This document shows positions 24,640 through 37,660 of a DNA stretch of 64,000 nt, piece by piece; the stretch's first letter is position 1, and each line of letters begins with the position of its first letter. The notes below the pieces were generated by a model. It was given only the letters and a program-made list of their open reading frames with translations, ran no database searches and was not told the origin of the DNA. The position numbers and the translations under genes were made by a program. Source of the stretch: Eledone cirrhosa (Eukaryota); assembly GCA_964016885.1 (NCBI GenBank), contig OZ024740.1:149792001-149856000 (forward strand), written 5' to 3'.

Positions 24640-25078
24640 TAAGAGTCAATAACTTTTCTCACTCGGTCAATGTTTTTCCTAAATTTATATGATGCTTGAA
24701 ATGTTGTTGCAGATTTATGGAAGCAATTTGAAAATAATTCACTTTTTTATTAATTAAATTACCATAATTATCAATTATTAATAGAGTCTCCAGATTGCAA
24801 AGATTGCAGTTAGGTGAGATGGAATTATTCCGATATGGTTCACAGTTTCGAAGTTTAGTCCAAGAGATTGAGTATTTTATATTTTTCTCTTTTAAAGACT
24901 ATATTAATTGTGATAATGAATAGAAAATGTTTTTTCCGGATTAGAAAAAGAATGTTTATGATTGGAAAATCTCAGTTTAAAGTTCGATGAAGTTGCACCT
25001 ATGGAGTTATAAGTAATATTATTATTTGCTTTAATGGTACATTTATATACTAAATTCTTATCTAGGCAGTTATTTTGC

Positions 25079-25080
<2 letters not shown>
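24640..25080 (-). mobile_element. Penelope-like GIY-YIG endonuclease fragment (not in the ORF track)
   Basis: Manual translation gives NNCLDKNLVYKCTI...SIGATSSNFKLRFSNHKHSF, a frameshift, then SLKEKNIKYSISW...PYRN...CNLCNLE...LINKKSELFSNCFHK. The HHR at 23395-23460 lies downstream on the same strand. Confidence 0.85.
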
Positions 25081-25167
<87 letters not shown>

Positions 25168-25171
<4 letters not shown>

Positions 25172-26057
25172 CATTAAAGCCCGGCGTTGCTCGGGGTCAG
25201 TAAGTTACCAAAGTTAGGTTGCACCACCCATTTTATGGCAGCACTTTTTTGTCTGCCAGGCATTGGGTGAATGAATTGCAGACCTGGACTGCCGAAGCAG
25301 GAGCTGCGCCAGCAGTGACAATTGTAGTTTCGCCTATGGATATTATCTCTGGGCAAAGAAGTGTTGAAATTTATTGTTTCACAGTTGTTGCGCAACACGC
25401 GCGTAGACGATGCCAGCCGAACAACTGAGCTGCGATGGAGTTGTTCTGCATGGTTGTCTAATGTGTGTTTTCTAAATTTAAGACAGTAGAGAGGGGTGTG
25501 ATATGGGGGAGAGTTAGCTGCTGTTTCTAGCAGGTTTAGTGACCTCATAGAGGATATTATTATGTATAGTAAATGAACTGATATTTCTTTCTTCCACGTT
25601 CGTTGAGAAATGTTTAAAAAAGATTTATCGCTATTTTTTTTTGTTGTTGAATAAATTTATCTGTTGCTTTTGAATAAGGGGGAGAGTTAACTGGTGTTTC
25701 TAGCAGGTTTAGTGACCTCATAGAGGATATGTTTTCTAAATTTAAGACAGTAGAGAGTGGTGTGATATGGGTGGGGGGGGGGAGAGTTAGCTGCTGTTTC
25801 TAGCAGGTTTAGTGACCTCATAGAGGATATTATTGTGTATAGTAAATGAACTGATACTTCTTTCTTCCACGTTCGTTGAGAGATGTTTTAAAAAAGATTT
25901 ATCGCTATTTTTTTTTGTTGTTGAATAAATTTATCTGTTGCTTTTGAATAATTGTTGTTTCGTATGAAATGTAGTAAGTTCTCTTTGTCATTGAAGTAAA
26001 TAAATGTTTGAACCTTCCAAACTTAAAAATAAACTTCCCTCTCTCTCTCCCTCTCAC

Positions 26058-26119
<62 letters not shown>

Positions 26120-26378
26120 TCTTAAAGTTTAAGAGGAGTAGAGAGAGGGATGCAGATTCTATTAGAGGGGTAAAGCGTCATGTATTTAGTTTTATCGATT
26201 ATTTCCATAATTGTGGGTGAGTGTGAATGAAAATAATAGTCGTTGACCTAGGTTAGACCATTTAAAACATTCTTACAGACGTTGAGTCGAATCGCTTTGA
26301 AATTGTGAAAATGTATAAACATGGAACATGCTCACACACACACAACAACAAAAACAATCTGCCTTTTATACATAATGA
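25168..26378 (-). mobile_element. Non-autonomous Helitron-like element with an internal ~220-bp tandem duplication
   Basis: 3' hairpin CCCGAGCAACGCCGGG next to a degenerate CTAG end on the minus strand; the other end reads ATCATTATGTATAAAAGGC...TGTGTG. 25465-25675 is repeated at 25730-25950. Confidence 0.6.
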
Positions 26379-26392
26379 TATATATATATATA

Positions 26393-29300
26393 TAAATGGA
26401 AAAAATGAAACGAAATTTCATTTCTCACTCTTAGTACGGCTGTTACTTAAATATAAGTATGTATACGTACATACATATATGATAATACAGACGTACAGTA
26501 GTATGTATATATATATACATACATGCACACATATATATATATGTACGTATGGATTTACCGAACATTTATTATAATGTTCGGTTTGTTTGTAAACAAACAT
26601 CCCGAATTAAGCCGTACAGTGTTTAGCACACACCGTTGCCCTTTTGGTCAAAACTGACAAAGGAACGATGTACTAGTTTCAAGCTTATTAGCTATCGTCA
26701 GCACCGTATACCTTCCTGCCAGATGATTGAACGTCTGAAAGTATATACTTTCCTTATGTATATTAACGGCTGAGCAGCCTAATTTGCATATCGAGTGAGT
26801 TAATCGGCCGGGCGCACCGAAAACGATAAATGGTAAAAATGAAACAAAATTTCATTTCTCACTCTTAGTACGGCTGTTACTTAAATATAAGTATGTATAC
26901 GTACATACATATATGTATACAGACGTACAGTTTGATGTAAATAGATATATATATATACATGCACATATATATATATGTACGTATGGATTTACCGAACAGT
27001 TATTATAATGCTCGGTGTGTTTGTCAACCAATATCCCGAATTAAGCTGTACAGTGTTTAGCACCCATCGTTTCCCTTTTGTACAACACTGACAAAGGAAC
27101 GATGTACTAGTTTCAAGCTTATTGGCTATCGTCAGCACCGTATACCTTCCTGCCAGATGAGTGAACGTCTGAAAGTATATACTTTCTTTATGCATATTAA
27201 CGGCTGAGCAGCCTAATTTGCATATCGAGTGAGTAATCGCCCGGGCGCACTGAAAACGATAAATGGAAAAAATGAAACGAAATTTCATTTCTCACTTTTA
27301 GTACGGTTGTTACTTAAATATAAGTATGTATACGTACATACATATAAGTATACAGACGTACAATAGTATGTATATATATGCATACATGAACACATATATA
27401 TATATGTACGTATGTATTTACCGAACATTTATTATAATGCTCGGTTTGTTTGTAAACAAACATCCCGAATTAAGCCGTACAGTGTTTAGCACCCATCGTT
27501 GCCCTTTTGGTCAAAACTGACAAAGGAACGATGTACTAGTTTCAAGCTTATTAGCTATCGCCAGCACCGTATACCTTCCTGCCAGATGATTGAACGTCTG
27601 AAAGTAAATACTTTCTTTATGCATATTAACGGCTGAGCAGCCTAATTTGCATATCGAGTGAGTAATCGCCCGGGCGCACTGAAAACGATAAAAGGAAAAA
27701 ATGAAACGAAATTTCATTTCTCACTTTTAGTACGGTTGTTACTTAAATATAAGTATGTATACGTACATACATATAAGTATACAGACGTACAATAGTATGT
27801 ATATATATGCATACATGAACACATATATATATATGTACGTATGTATTTACCGAACATTTATTATAATGCTCGGTTTGTTTGTAAACAAACATCCCGAATT
27901 AAGCCGTACAGTGTTTAGCACCCATCGTTGCCCTTTTGGTGAAAACTGACAAAGGAACGATGTACTAGTTTCAAGCTTATTAGCTATCGCCAGCACCGTA
28001 TACCTTCCTGCCAGATGATTGAACGTCTGAAAGTAAATACTTTCCTTATGCATATTTACGGCTGAGCAGCCTAATTTGCATATCGAGTGAGTAATCGGCC
28101 GTGCGCACCGAAAACGATAAATGGAAAAAATGAAACGAAATTTCATTTCTCACTTTTAGTACGGCTGTAACTTAAATATAAGTATGTATTCGTACATACA
28201 TATAAGTATACAGACGTACAATAGTATGTATATATATACATACATGCACACATATATATATGTACGTATGGATTTACCGAACATTTATTATAATGCTCGG
28301 TTTGTTTGTAAATAAACATCCCGAATTAAGCTGTACAGTGTTTAGCAACCATCGTTGCCCTTTTGTTCAACACTGACAAAGGAACGATGTACTAGTTTCA
28401 AGCTTATTAGCTATCGTCAGCACCGTATAACTTCCTGCCAGATGATTGAACGTCTGAAAGTATATACTTTCCTCATGCATGTTAACGCCTGAGCAGCCTA
28501 ATTTGCATATCGAGGGAGTAATCGGCCGGGCGCACCGAAAACGATAAATGGAAAAAATTAAACGAAATTTCATTTCTCACTCTTAGTACAGCTGTTACTT
28601 AAATATAAGTATGTATACGTACATACAAATATGTATACAGACGTACAGTAGTATGTATATATATACATACATGCACATATATATAGATGTACGTATGGAT
28701 TTACCGAACATTTATTATAATACTCTGTTTGTTTGTAAACAAACATCCCAAATTAAGCTTTACAGTGTTTAGCAACCATTGTTGCCCTTTTGTTCAACAC
28801 TGACAAAGGAACGATGTACTAGTTTCAAGCTTATTGGCTATCGTCAGCACCGTATACCTTCCTGCCAGATGATTGAACGTCTGAAAGTATATACTTTCCT
28901 TATGTATATTAACGGCTGAGCAGCCTAATTTGCATATCGAGTGAGTTAATCGGCCGGGCGCACCGAAAACGATAAATGGTAAAAATGAAACAAAATTTCA
29001 TTTCTCACTCTTAGTACGGCTGTTACTTAAATATAAGTATGTATACGTACATACATATATGTATACAGACGTACAGTTTGATGTAAATAGATATATATAT
29101 ATACATGCACATATATATATATGTACGTATGGATTTACCGAACATTTATTATAATGCTCGGTGTGTTTGTCAACCAATATCCCGAATTAAGCTGTACAGT
29201 GTTTAGCACCCATCGTTTCCCTTTTGTACAACACTGACAAAGGAACGATGTACTAGTTTCAAGCTTATTGGCTATCGTCAGCACCGTATACCTTCCTGCC

Positions 29301-31790
29301 AGATGAGTGAACGTCTGAAAGTATATACTTTCTTTATGCATATTAACGGCTGAGCAGCCTAATTTGCATATCGAGTGAGTAATCGCCCGGGCGCACTGAA
29401 AACGATAAATGGAAAAAATGAAACGAAATTTCATTTCTCACTTTTAGTACGGTTGTTACTTAAATATAAGTATGTATACGTACATACATATAAGTATACA
29501 GACGTACAATAGTATGTATATATATGCATACATGAACACATATATATATATGTACGTATGTATTTACCGAACATTTATTATAATGCTCGGTTTGTTTGTA
29601 AACAAACATCCCGAATTAAGCCGTACAGTGTTTAGCACCCATCGTTGCCCTTTTGGTCAAAACTGACAAAGGAACGATGTACTAGTTTCAAGCTTATTAG
29701 CTATCGCCAGCACCGTATACCTTCCTGCCAGATGATTGAACGTCTGAAAGTAAATACTTTCTTTATGCATATTAACGGCTGAGCAGCCTAATTTGCATAT
29801 CGAGTGAGTAATCGCCCGGGCGCACTGAAAACGATAAAAGGAAAAAATGAAACGAAATTTCATTTCTCACTTTTAGTACGGTTGTTACTTAAATATAAGT
29901 ATGTATACGTACATACATATAAGTATACAGACGTACAATAGTATGTATATATATGCATACATGAACACATATATATATATGTACGTATGTATTTACCGAA
30001 CATTTATTATAATGCTCGGTTTGTTTGTAAACAAACATCCCGAATTAAGCCGTACAGTGTTTAGCACCCATCGTTGCCCTTTTGGTGAAAACTGACAAAG
30101 GAACGATGTACTAGTTTCAAGCTTATTAGCTATCGCCAGCACCGTATACCTTCCTGCCAGATGATTGAACGTCTGAAAGTAAATACTTTCCTTATGCATA
30201 TTTACGGCTGAGCAGCCTAATTTGCATATCGAGTGAGTAATCGGCCGTGCGCACCGAAAACGATAAATGGAAAAAATGAAACGAAATTTCATTTCTCACT
30301 TTTAGTACGGCTGTAACTTAAATATAAGTATGTATTCGTACATACATATAAGTATACAGACGTACAATAGTATGTATATATATACATACATGCACACATA
30401 TATATATGTACGTATGGATTTACCGAACATTTATTATAATGCTCGGTTTGTTTGTAAATAAACATCCCGAATTAAGCTGTACAGTGTTTAGCAACCATCG
30501 TTGCCCTTTTGTTCAACACTGACAAAGGAACGATGTACTAGTTTCAAGCTTATTAGCTATCGTCAGCACCGTATAACTTCCTGCCAGATGATTGAACGTC
30601 TGAAAGTATATACTTTCCTCATGCATGTTAACGCCTGAGCAGCCTAATTTGCATATCGAGGGAGTAATCGGCCGGGCGCACCGAAAACGATAAATGGAAA
30701 AAATTAAACGAAATTTCATTTCTCACTCTTAGTACAGCTGTTACTTAAATATAAGTATGTATACGTACATACAAATATGTATACAGACGTACAGTAGTAT
30801 GTATATATATACATACATGCACATATATATAGATGTACGTATGGATTTACCGAACATTTATTATAATACTCTGTTTGTTTGTAAACAAACATCCCAAATT
30901 AAGCTTTACAGTGTTTAGCAACCATTGTTGCCCTTTTGTTCAACACTGACAAAGGAACGATGTACTAGTTTCAAGCTTATTAGTTATCGTCAGCACCGTA
31001 TACCTTCCTGCCAGATGATTGAACGTCTGAAAGTATATACTTTCCTTATGCATATTAACGGCTGAGCAGCCTAATTTGCATATCGAATGAGTAATCGGCC
31101 GGGCGCACCAAAAACGATAAATGGAAAAAATGAAACGAAATTTCATTTCTCAATTTTAGTACGGCTGTTACTTAAATATAAGTATGTATACGTACATACA
31201 TATATGTATACAGACGTAAAGTAGTATGTATATATATATATATATATATATACATTCACACATATATATATATATATATACGTATGGATTTACCGAACAT
31301 TTATTATAATGATCGGTTTGTTTGTAAACCAATATCCCGAATTAAGCCGTACAGTGTTTAGCACCCATCGTTGTCCTTTTGTTCAACACTGACAAAGGAA
31401 CGATGTACTAGTTTCAAGCTTATTAGCTATCGTCAGTACCGTATACCTTCCTGCCAGATGATTGAACGTCTGAAAGTATATACTTTCCTTATGCATATTA
31501 ACGGCTGAGCAGCCTAATTTGCATATCGAGTGAGTAATCGGCCGGGCGCACCGAAAACGATAAATGGAAAAAATGAAACGAAATTTCATTTCTCAATTTT
31601 AGTACGGCTGTTACTTAAATGTAAGTATGTATACGTACATACATATATGTATACAGACGTACAGTAGTATGTATATATATACATACATGCACACATATAT
31701 ATATATGTACGTATGGATTTATCGAACATTTATCACAATGCTCGGTTTGTTTGTAAACAAACATCCCGAATTATTCCATACAGTGTTTAG
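26393..31790 (-). repeat. Tandem array of a ~429-bp unit (~12.5 copies) with one hammerhead ribozyme per complete unit; non-LTR retrozyme-like satellite
   Basis: HHR spacings are 434, 429, 429, 427, 427, 434, 429, 429, 427, 427, 443. The 2146-bp higher-order period is also visible in the ORF track (26989/29135, 27326/29472, 28367/30513). Confidence 0.95.
26665..26707 (-). ncRNA. Minimal type I hammerhead ribozyme, first of 12 (others start at 27099, 27528, 27957, 28384, 28811, 29245, 29674, 30103, 30530, 30957, 31400)
   Basis: Minus strand ACGGTG-CTGACGA-T-AGC-TAATAA-GCT-T-GAAACTAGT-A-CATCGT: 6-bp stem I, canonical CUGANGA/GAAA core, palindromic stem III ACUAGU, GUA cleavage triplet. Confidence 0.88.
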
Positions 31791-32531
31791 CAAGATTCAT
31801 TGACTAGCCTCTCTTTTCCTCTCTTTAGAGTGGAATTACTACAGTGTTGTTTGTTTACTTTCCTCTGTCCCCATAACTTAATTTAGTTATCGCTCGCCCT
31901 GATTTTAGGTATCTAGTCTTTAATGCGAAGAAATACCAATGATAATCAGCAGACTACTGATGAAGGACATTCTTGTTTCTCGGTCTATTTTCATTCATAT
32001 GTTCATATTCGCAACAACGCAGTACGCCATTTTTTATTCACATATATTTTTTCCCTTCGCTATGGTACTTATTTTTTCTGTCACCTTACTGCTACACTTT
32101 TTCTCTCTCCCCTTCTCTCTCCTTCACTTCTTGCTTTTCTCCACTCCCGCTGTTGGTCACTCACTCTCGGCTGGCCCCTTCCTCACACTTTCACTCACTC
32201 ACTCTCTGCTACTCCTCCTCTCTCACTTCCTTCTGTCTGATCTGCGTGAAATTCTTTCCTCTCTCACTTATCTCGTGGCTCGGACGTGTCTGTTTCTTCT
32301 CGTCATTTGATTTGTCGAACTTAAGCCAACAAGATTCATTGACTTGTCTCTCTTTTCCTCTCTTTACGTTGCATTACTACCATATTGTTTGTTTACTTTC
32401 CTCTGTCCCCATAACTTAATTTAGTTATCGCTCGCACTGATTTTAGTTATCTAGTCTTTAATGCGAAGAAATACCAATGATAATCAGCAGACTACTGATG
32501 AAGGACATTCTTGTTTCTCGGTCTATTTTTA

Positions 32532-32540
<9 letters not shown>
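31790..32540. repeat. Direct repeat of ~210 bp (31790-32000 and 32328-32538)
   Basis: CAAGATTCATTGACT...GACTACTGATGAAGGACATTCTTGTTTCTCGGTCTATTTT occurs twice. Confidence 0.85.
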
Positions 32541-32584
<44 letters not shown>

Positions 32585-32834
32585 TATTTTCTGTTGTGTT
32601 GTAATATAAATATTACACACAGTAGATTGACAGCTCACGTAGAGTTTGGTGTCAATAAATTCCTTTCAACTAAACTGTATCCATTCAAATCTTTCTATAT
32701 ATATATATATATACATATATATACATCATTGTCATGTTATGTAACAAAGATTGATTATATGCACGAATGTTATTTTTATCCCACAACCACATTTTCTCTC
32801 TTTATCGCACTCTCTCCTTTTCCTTTTTTCTCTT

Positions 32835-32909
<75 letters not shown>

Positions 32910-33851
32910 TATATATAATATATATATAATACAAGGACAAATGCTTACTCCTTCATTACATTTATTAGTTAGTGACGCGCGTTTCGCTACTGATCAACTC
33001 AAGGTTCGATCTGTATCGATCTGGCCCAACTCTGGAATCAAAAGCTCGTCGGACCTTTGTCATTACTACTACTACTATATAATTCGTATGATATGTATGT
33101 GAGCTTGTTGTGCCAGTGCGAGTGTGCAGGATGACCAGTATGGGCATTCCATATCCCCTTCCACGAGCAGGCGCATCTAGTAATGTATGCCCGTCTGGCT
33201 CCGTGTACCTTCCGCGTGTGCCTCCGTGCGGTGATGCATGACTGTATGTGTGGATGTACATGCATGTCTTTATATTCTTTCACGTAATATGCACTGAACA
33301 GGTATCTTGTCTCTACACAGTGCTTTAGCAACCTCGGCAAACAATTTTTTAAATAAAAATCTTCTCTATAGTCTTTTCAAACACTAACCTCATACCATTC
33401 TCATCACTTCATTAATTCTTTATAACGCAAATCCCTTTTAACGATGTCTAAAGCATCACCCTAACACAGTTTAGGCTACCTCTCTTATGTCCACTCACTC
33501 TTCCGTGACAAACTGATGAGCAGCAGACACCCCCTACGCCTAGTGGAGCACCGCACCCTTTCATGTACTGTCTTGCACATCCCTACTACATCTACACACT
33601 GCACCTCCGCTTCACCACGTACACGATGACATGTCTATGGCAAGCCTAAAGACCACACCCCACAATTCACATCAACCATCGCTCCCCACCACCACCTTGT
33701 CACTATGCTCATCCTCCCCACCTAACATACATGCCAAAACATTCCTCATAGCTAAAACACCAATCAAAACAACATAACCTACCACCATATGAACGCGAAA
33801 CGTCAGACATTTCTATACTTTTTATGTTCAACCTATCATTACAACACCAGA

Positions 33852-33936
33852 GGTCCGACGAGCTTTTGATTCCAGAGTCGGACCAGATCGGTACAGATCG
33901 AACCTTGAGCTGATCAATAGCGAAACGCGCGTCACC
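33852..33936 (+). ncRNA. Type I hammerhead ribozyme, U4C variant with stem II insertion (inverted copy 32971-33055 -; partial copy ~51296-51340)
   Basis: GGT-CCGACGA-GC...GC-GAAACGCGCGT-C-ACC followed by AATAAA; palindromic stem III. Confidence 0.65.
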
Positions 33937-34402
33937 AATCAATAAACGTAATGGGGCTTAACAAACCGTTCCTGTATTATTATATTACACCCTGTTTAGC
34001 TCTACATCTCGCCACTGGCATGAGCCTAAACATCGAGTGCTCACCTGGTGTACCGTGTGTAACGTGAAGTTACTGTAGGTTCACCCAGGTGACCACTCGA
34101 TGATTGCTTGTGCTTGACACTATCAAATTCTTTTATTTTAGTAGGCATTGTTTGCAATTAGGTGTAATAATTTCAATACAATATAATTGTTAACTAGAAA
34201 TTCAACGCATACATTAACTATTCTAATTACATCATATATATATATGATGTCATTATATATATATATAAGTGTGTGTGTGTTTATGTTGTAATTAGAATAG
34301 TTAATATATACGTTGAATTTCTAGTTAACAATTTCAATACAATTATGTTAACAAGAAATTCAACGGATACATTAACTATTCTAATTACATCATATATATA
34401 TT

Positions 34403-34565
<163 letters not shown>

Positions 34566-34571
34566 TGTGTG

Positions 34572-34629
<58 letters not shown>

Positions 34630-34692
34630 ATCCCAGGTTCAATCGGAGGTAACCACAGTAAGTAAGGTACTCAATACATAGCAGAGTATAAC

Positions 34693-34829
34693 TATTTAAT
34701 ATAGAAATGGCTTCTACAGGACTAGAACTGTGTCATTCGGAAGAAATCATCAGGAAAGCTGTACGTTCCTGATGATTTCTTCCGAATGAAATAGTCCTAG
34801 TCCTGTAGAAGCCATTTGTATATTAAATA
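34693..34829. repeat. Hairpin palindrome containing a degenerate HHR core
   Basis: ~63-bp arms with a 9-nt spacer; CTGATGA-TTTCTTCCGAAT-GAAA at 34769. Confidence 0.75.
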
Positions 34830-35399
34830 TATATATAGGATGTTAATATAATTGTATTGTATTGAAATTGTAAAACCCAATTGTAAGCAATGCCTACTAA
34901 AATAATAGAATGTGTTAGTGTAAAGCACAAGCAATTGACATCAGCTTTGGATTAATGAAATATCTATTTATGTATTAAAAGTGCGAAACATAATGTCACG
35001 TGACATACCATACAGACGTTCGTGTGAACAAGGCATGTAGTCACACATCACCATATCCTTTTTTCTTGTTTATTTTGTTCGTACAGAATGGATTTCAGCT
35101 GCGAATGTGGAAATATTAATGAATGTGTTCTTCTTTATGAATTTGTTGTTATTTATTATTTTTTTCTTACATAGGATAGCTGCTGTTATCCTATATTTGT
35201 TCCAGGATTTCTCGAATCAAGTTGCTCTGAATCACTCGATTTAGAATTAATAAATATTTCGTTTCTCTTTATTAATGTTTTCACATCGACTTGGTGTTTG
35301 AGTTAATCAACATATTAACACTGACAGTTATTACTGATGTTTACAATCTCAATCGTAAGAATCGCAGTAGGTGTCAGAACAATGTCACGGCTAGGACGA

Positions 35400-36650
35400 T
35401 TGTCAATAGATATTAGTTTTGGAGAATCAAAACATCTTGAGTTCAATTGCTCAACTCCCTTGCATAGTTTAAAGCAGAGAATTTCAGTGGAGTAAGAGAA
35501 TCACATTGTACATGCGTTTCAGTTCTTGGGACGGTATTGGTTGCATTGAAGTGATTGCGAACTTGAAGGAGTTAACGCCGTTTTCTGTCTGAGCATTGGA
35601 TCGCTGGTGTTGTGGTACAATAAAAACTTGTTTACAATCAACATCATTTATCCTATTAGCAATACAAGACGCAGTAAGATCTGCTTCTTTATCAATTGTT
35701 GAGACCGTTGTACTAACTTCTTGGATGAAAGTTCATCGTAGCTTCTTAAGATTGAAACCAGATACCGGTACAATGGTTAAATTTAACTATGGGCATTTGG
35801 AGAATGAATTTATAATGACTAATGCATAATATGTTCTAGGAAAAGGACCACAGCAGCCTGCATGAATAGGTTGCCTACCATTAAATGATAGTGGCAAAGA
35901 AATCTATTTTGAAGTAAGATTGTGAACTTAGTGAATACACTAAAATCATATTCAGAGAGAATTGATTTTGATAAGAATTAAGCTCAGGTCGTGAAAGAGA
36001 TTAGCGAGCCAATGACTTCAACTTTTCGATGCTGATATGCGACAAATGTGAATATTGAATAACCAAAATATCTTCATACAGAGAAATATTTAGGAAAGTT
36101 GTGTTTGGACGATCTCTGCTAACCACATCTGCGGAATCGATGATGTCTGCGAAATAATATCACTTCTACTAGCAAGTGAATGCTGAATAAGCAACCAAAC
36201 CATCGTTGAATCGGGGAGGCAACATGGTAGAATAGTTAAAAAGAAAAGTGACATTGTTTATGTATTTTGATATTCGCATCCGTAAAGATAACCATTAAGA
36301 TCAACATCCCAAAGTTGAATCATCACACAAGAGTTTTTCAACAGGGATTCATCACGACTATAGATAAATTGAAATGCTTTATTATCCGTCGTAATAGTGA
36401 AATAGGTACTTGTGTAAATCCCAATAAATTAATAAGGCTTCTACGGCAATGTGTGAATAACACTGTCCTATTTTCGACAAACGTCTGGAGATTTACTGGA
36501 CAGGGTGAGCATCTTGATATAATACTGTACAGAGTCTAAGCTGCGAAGCATCGATAACCAATATTGATTTATTTTGTAGTGAATAGGTATAGAACTAGAA
36601 TCAGTGGAAATGTTTTGCAGAGCCACAATTTGGAATATAATCAGTGAGCT
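35400..36650 (-). pseudogene. Highly decayed Ty3/Gypsy pol (integrase) relic, not in the ORF track
   Basis: Manual translation gives QPIHAGCCGPFPRTYYALVIINSFSKCP (cf. W.RIHIDFAGP...LVIIDSFSKWPE) and FIVPQHQRSNAQTENGVNSFKFAI (cf. TAPYHPQSNGQAERFV.TFK). Confidence 0.7.
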
Positions 36651-37181
36651 GCTCGGACAAAAAAATATACATCGGTACTGAGAAAAATGACATAATTACA
36701 ACTTTCATATTTTTGAGACTCAATATTGATAGTCTATTTCGAGTGATTTCAAACTAACAAGGAATTAAATTTGACGTAGAATTTAGTTTATAAGATTAGA
36801 AACTTTGAAAATAGTGTAAAGCATCTTCCGTTAAAGTATCTATGTGCAAAGATTCAAAATTAATTCCCATCTCATTTTCGTCATCAACGTTATAATTAGA
36901 ATTGTTAATGTATGCATCGAATTCCTAATTAACATAATAGTACTACAGTGAAGCTTTAAGGCCTAATTACAAACAAAAGATAGAAGAATGTATTCATATA
37001 CGTCTAAAAACAATTAGTCGAAGTTTGATTGGGCGTTAATGAGGTTTGTATTTTTGTGAAGTTACACAAGAAAATAGTTAGAAGCATACGGTCACGTGCA
37101 CTAGCACTACATAAGTTCACTTGAACAAATGCGTATTAGTCCACGTGATACTATTAGGTAACAAGTCCCAACAACAATAAC

Positions 37182-37308
<127 letters not shown>

Positions 37309-37604
37309 CTAAAAGTCTGTGATTACTTGCTTGTCTGTAATATAATACAGCCAAAAAGGTGCATAATGGGAAAATACTTTGAAAGGAAGTTGACCCTGAA
37401 ATGGGAATACAAATGGAATAAAACAAGTTTCGAGTAAATCGGAGCACGGGTTCCCGAGATATGGGGTTTTTTCGGGTACCTTCATAAACAAAGAGAAATA
37501 TAGAGAGGAAGAGATAGTGGTTGTGACAGAGTAGATTGAAAGAGTGACATAGAGAGAGGGACAGGAGACAGAGAAGGAGGATGGAAGAGAGATAGTGGTG
37601 TAGT

Positions 37605-37659
<55 letters not shown>

Positions 37660-37660
<1 letters not shown>

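Noticed and set aside
26989-31589. Repeated 64-99 aa ORFs (MKFRFIFSIYRF..., MYTYIHIS...) in the tandem array
   Set aside because: They are by-products of the repeat: lengths vary with indels, some units lack them, and there is no domain signal. The conserved feature is the RNA motif.
26393-31790. CRISPR-like array interpretation
   Set aside because: Whole units are near-identical with no unique spacers, there are no cas genes, and the context is eukaryotic.
31952-31990. GACTA-CTGATGA in the 210-bp direct repeat as an HHR
   Set aside because: A possible stem I partner (TAGTC) exists, but there is no correctly placed GAAA and stem III.
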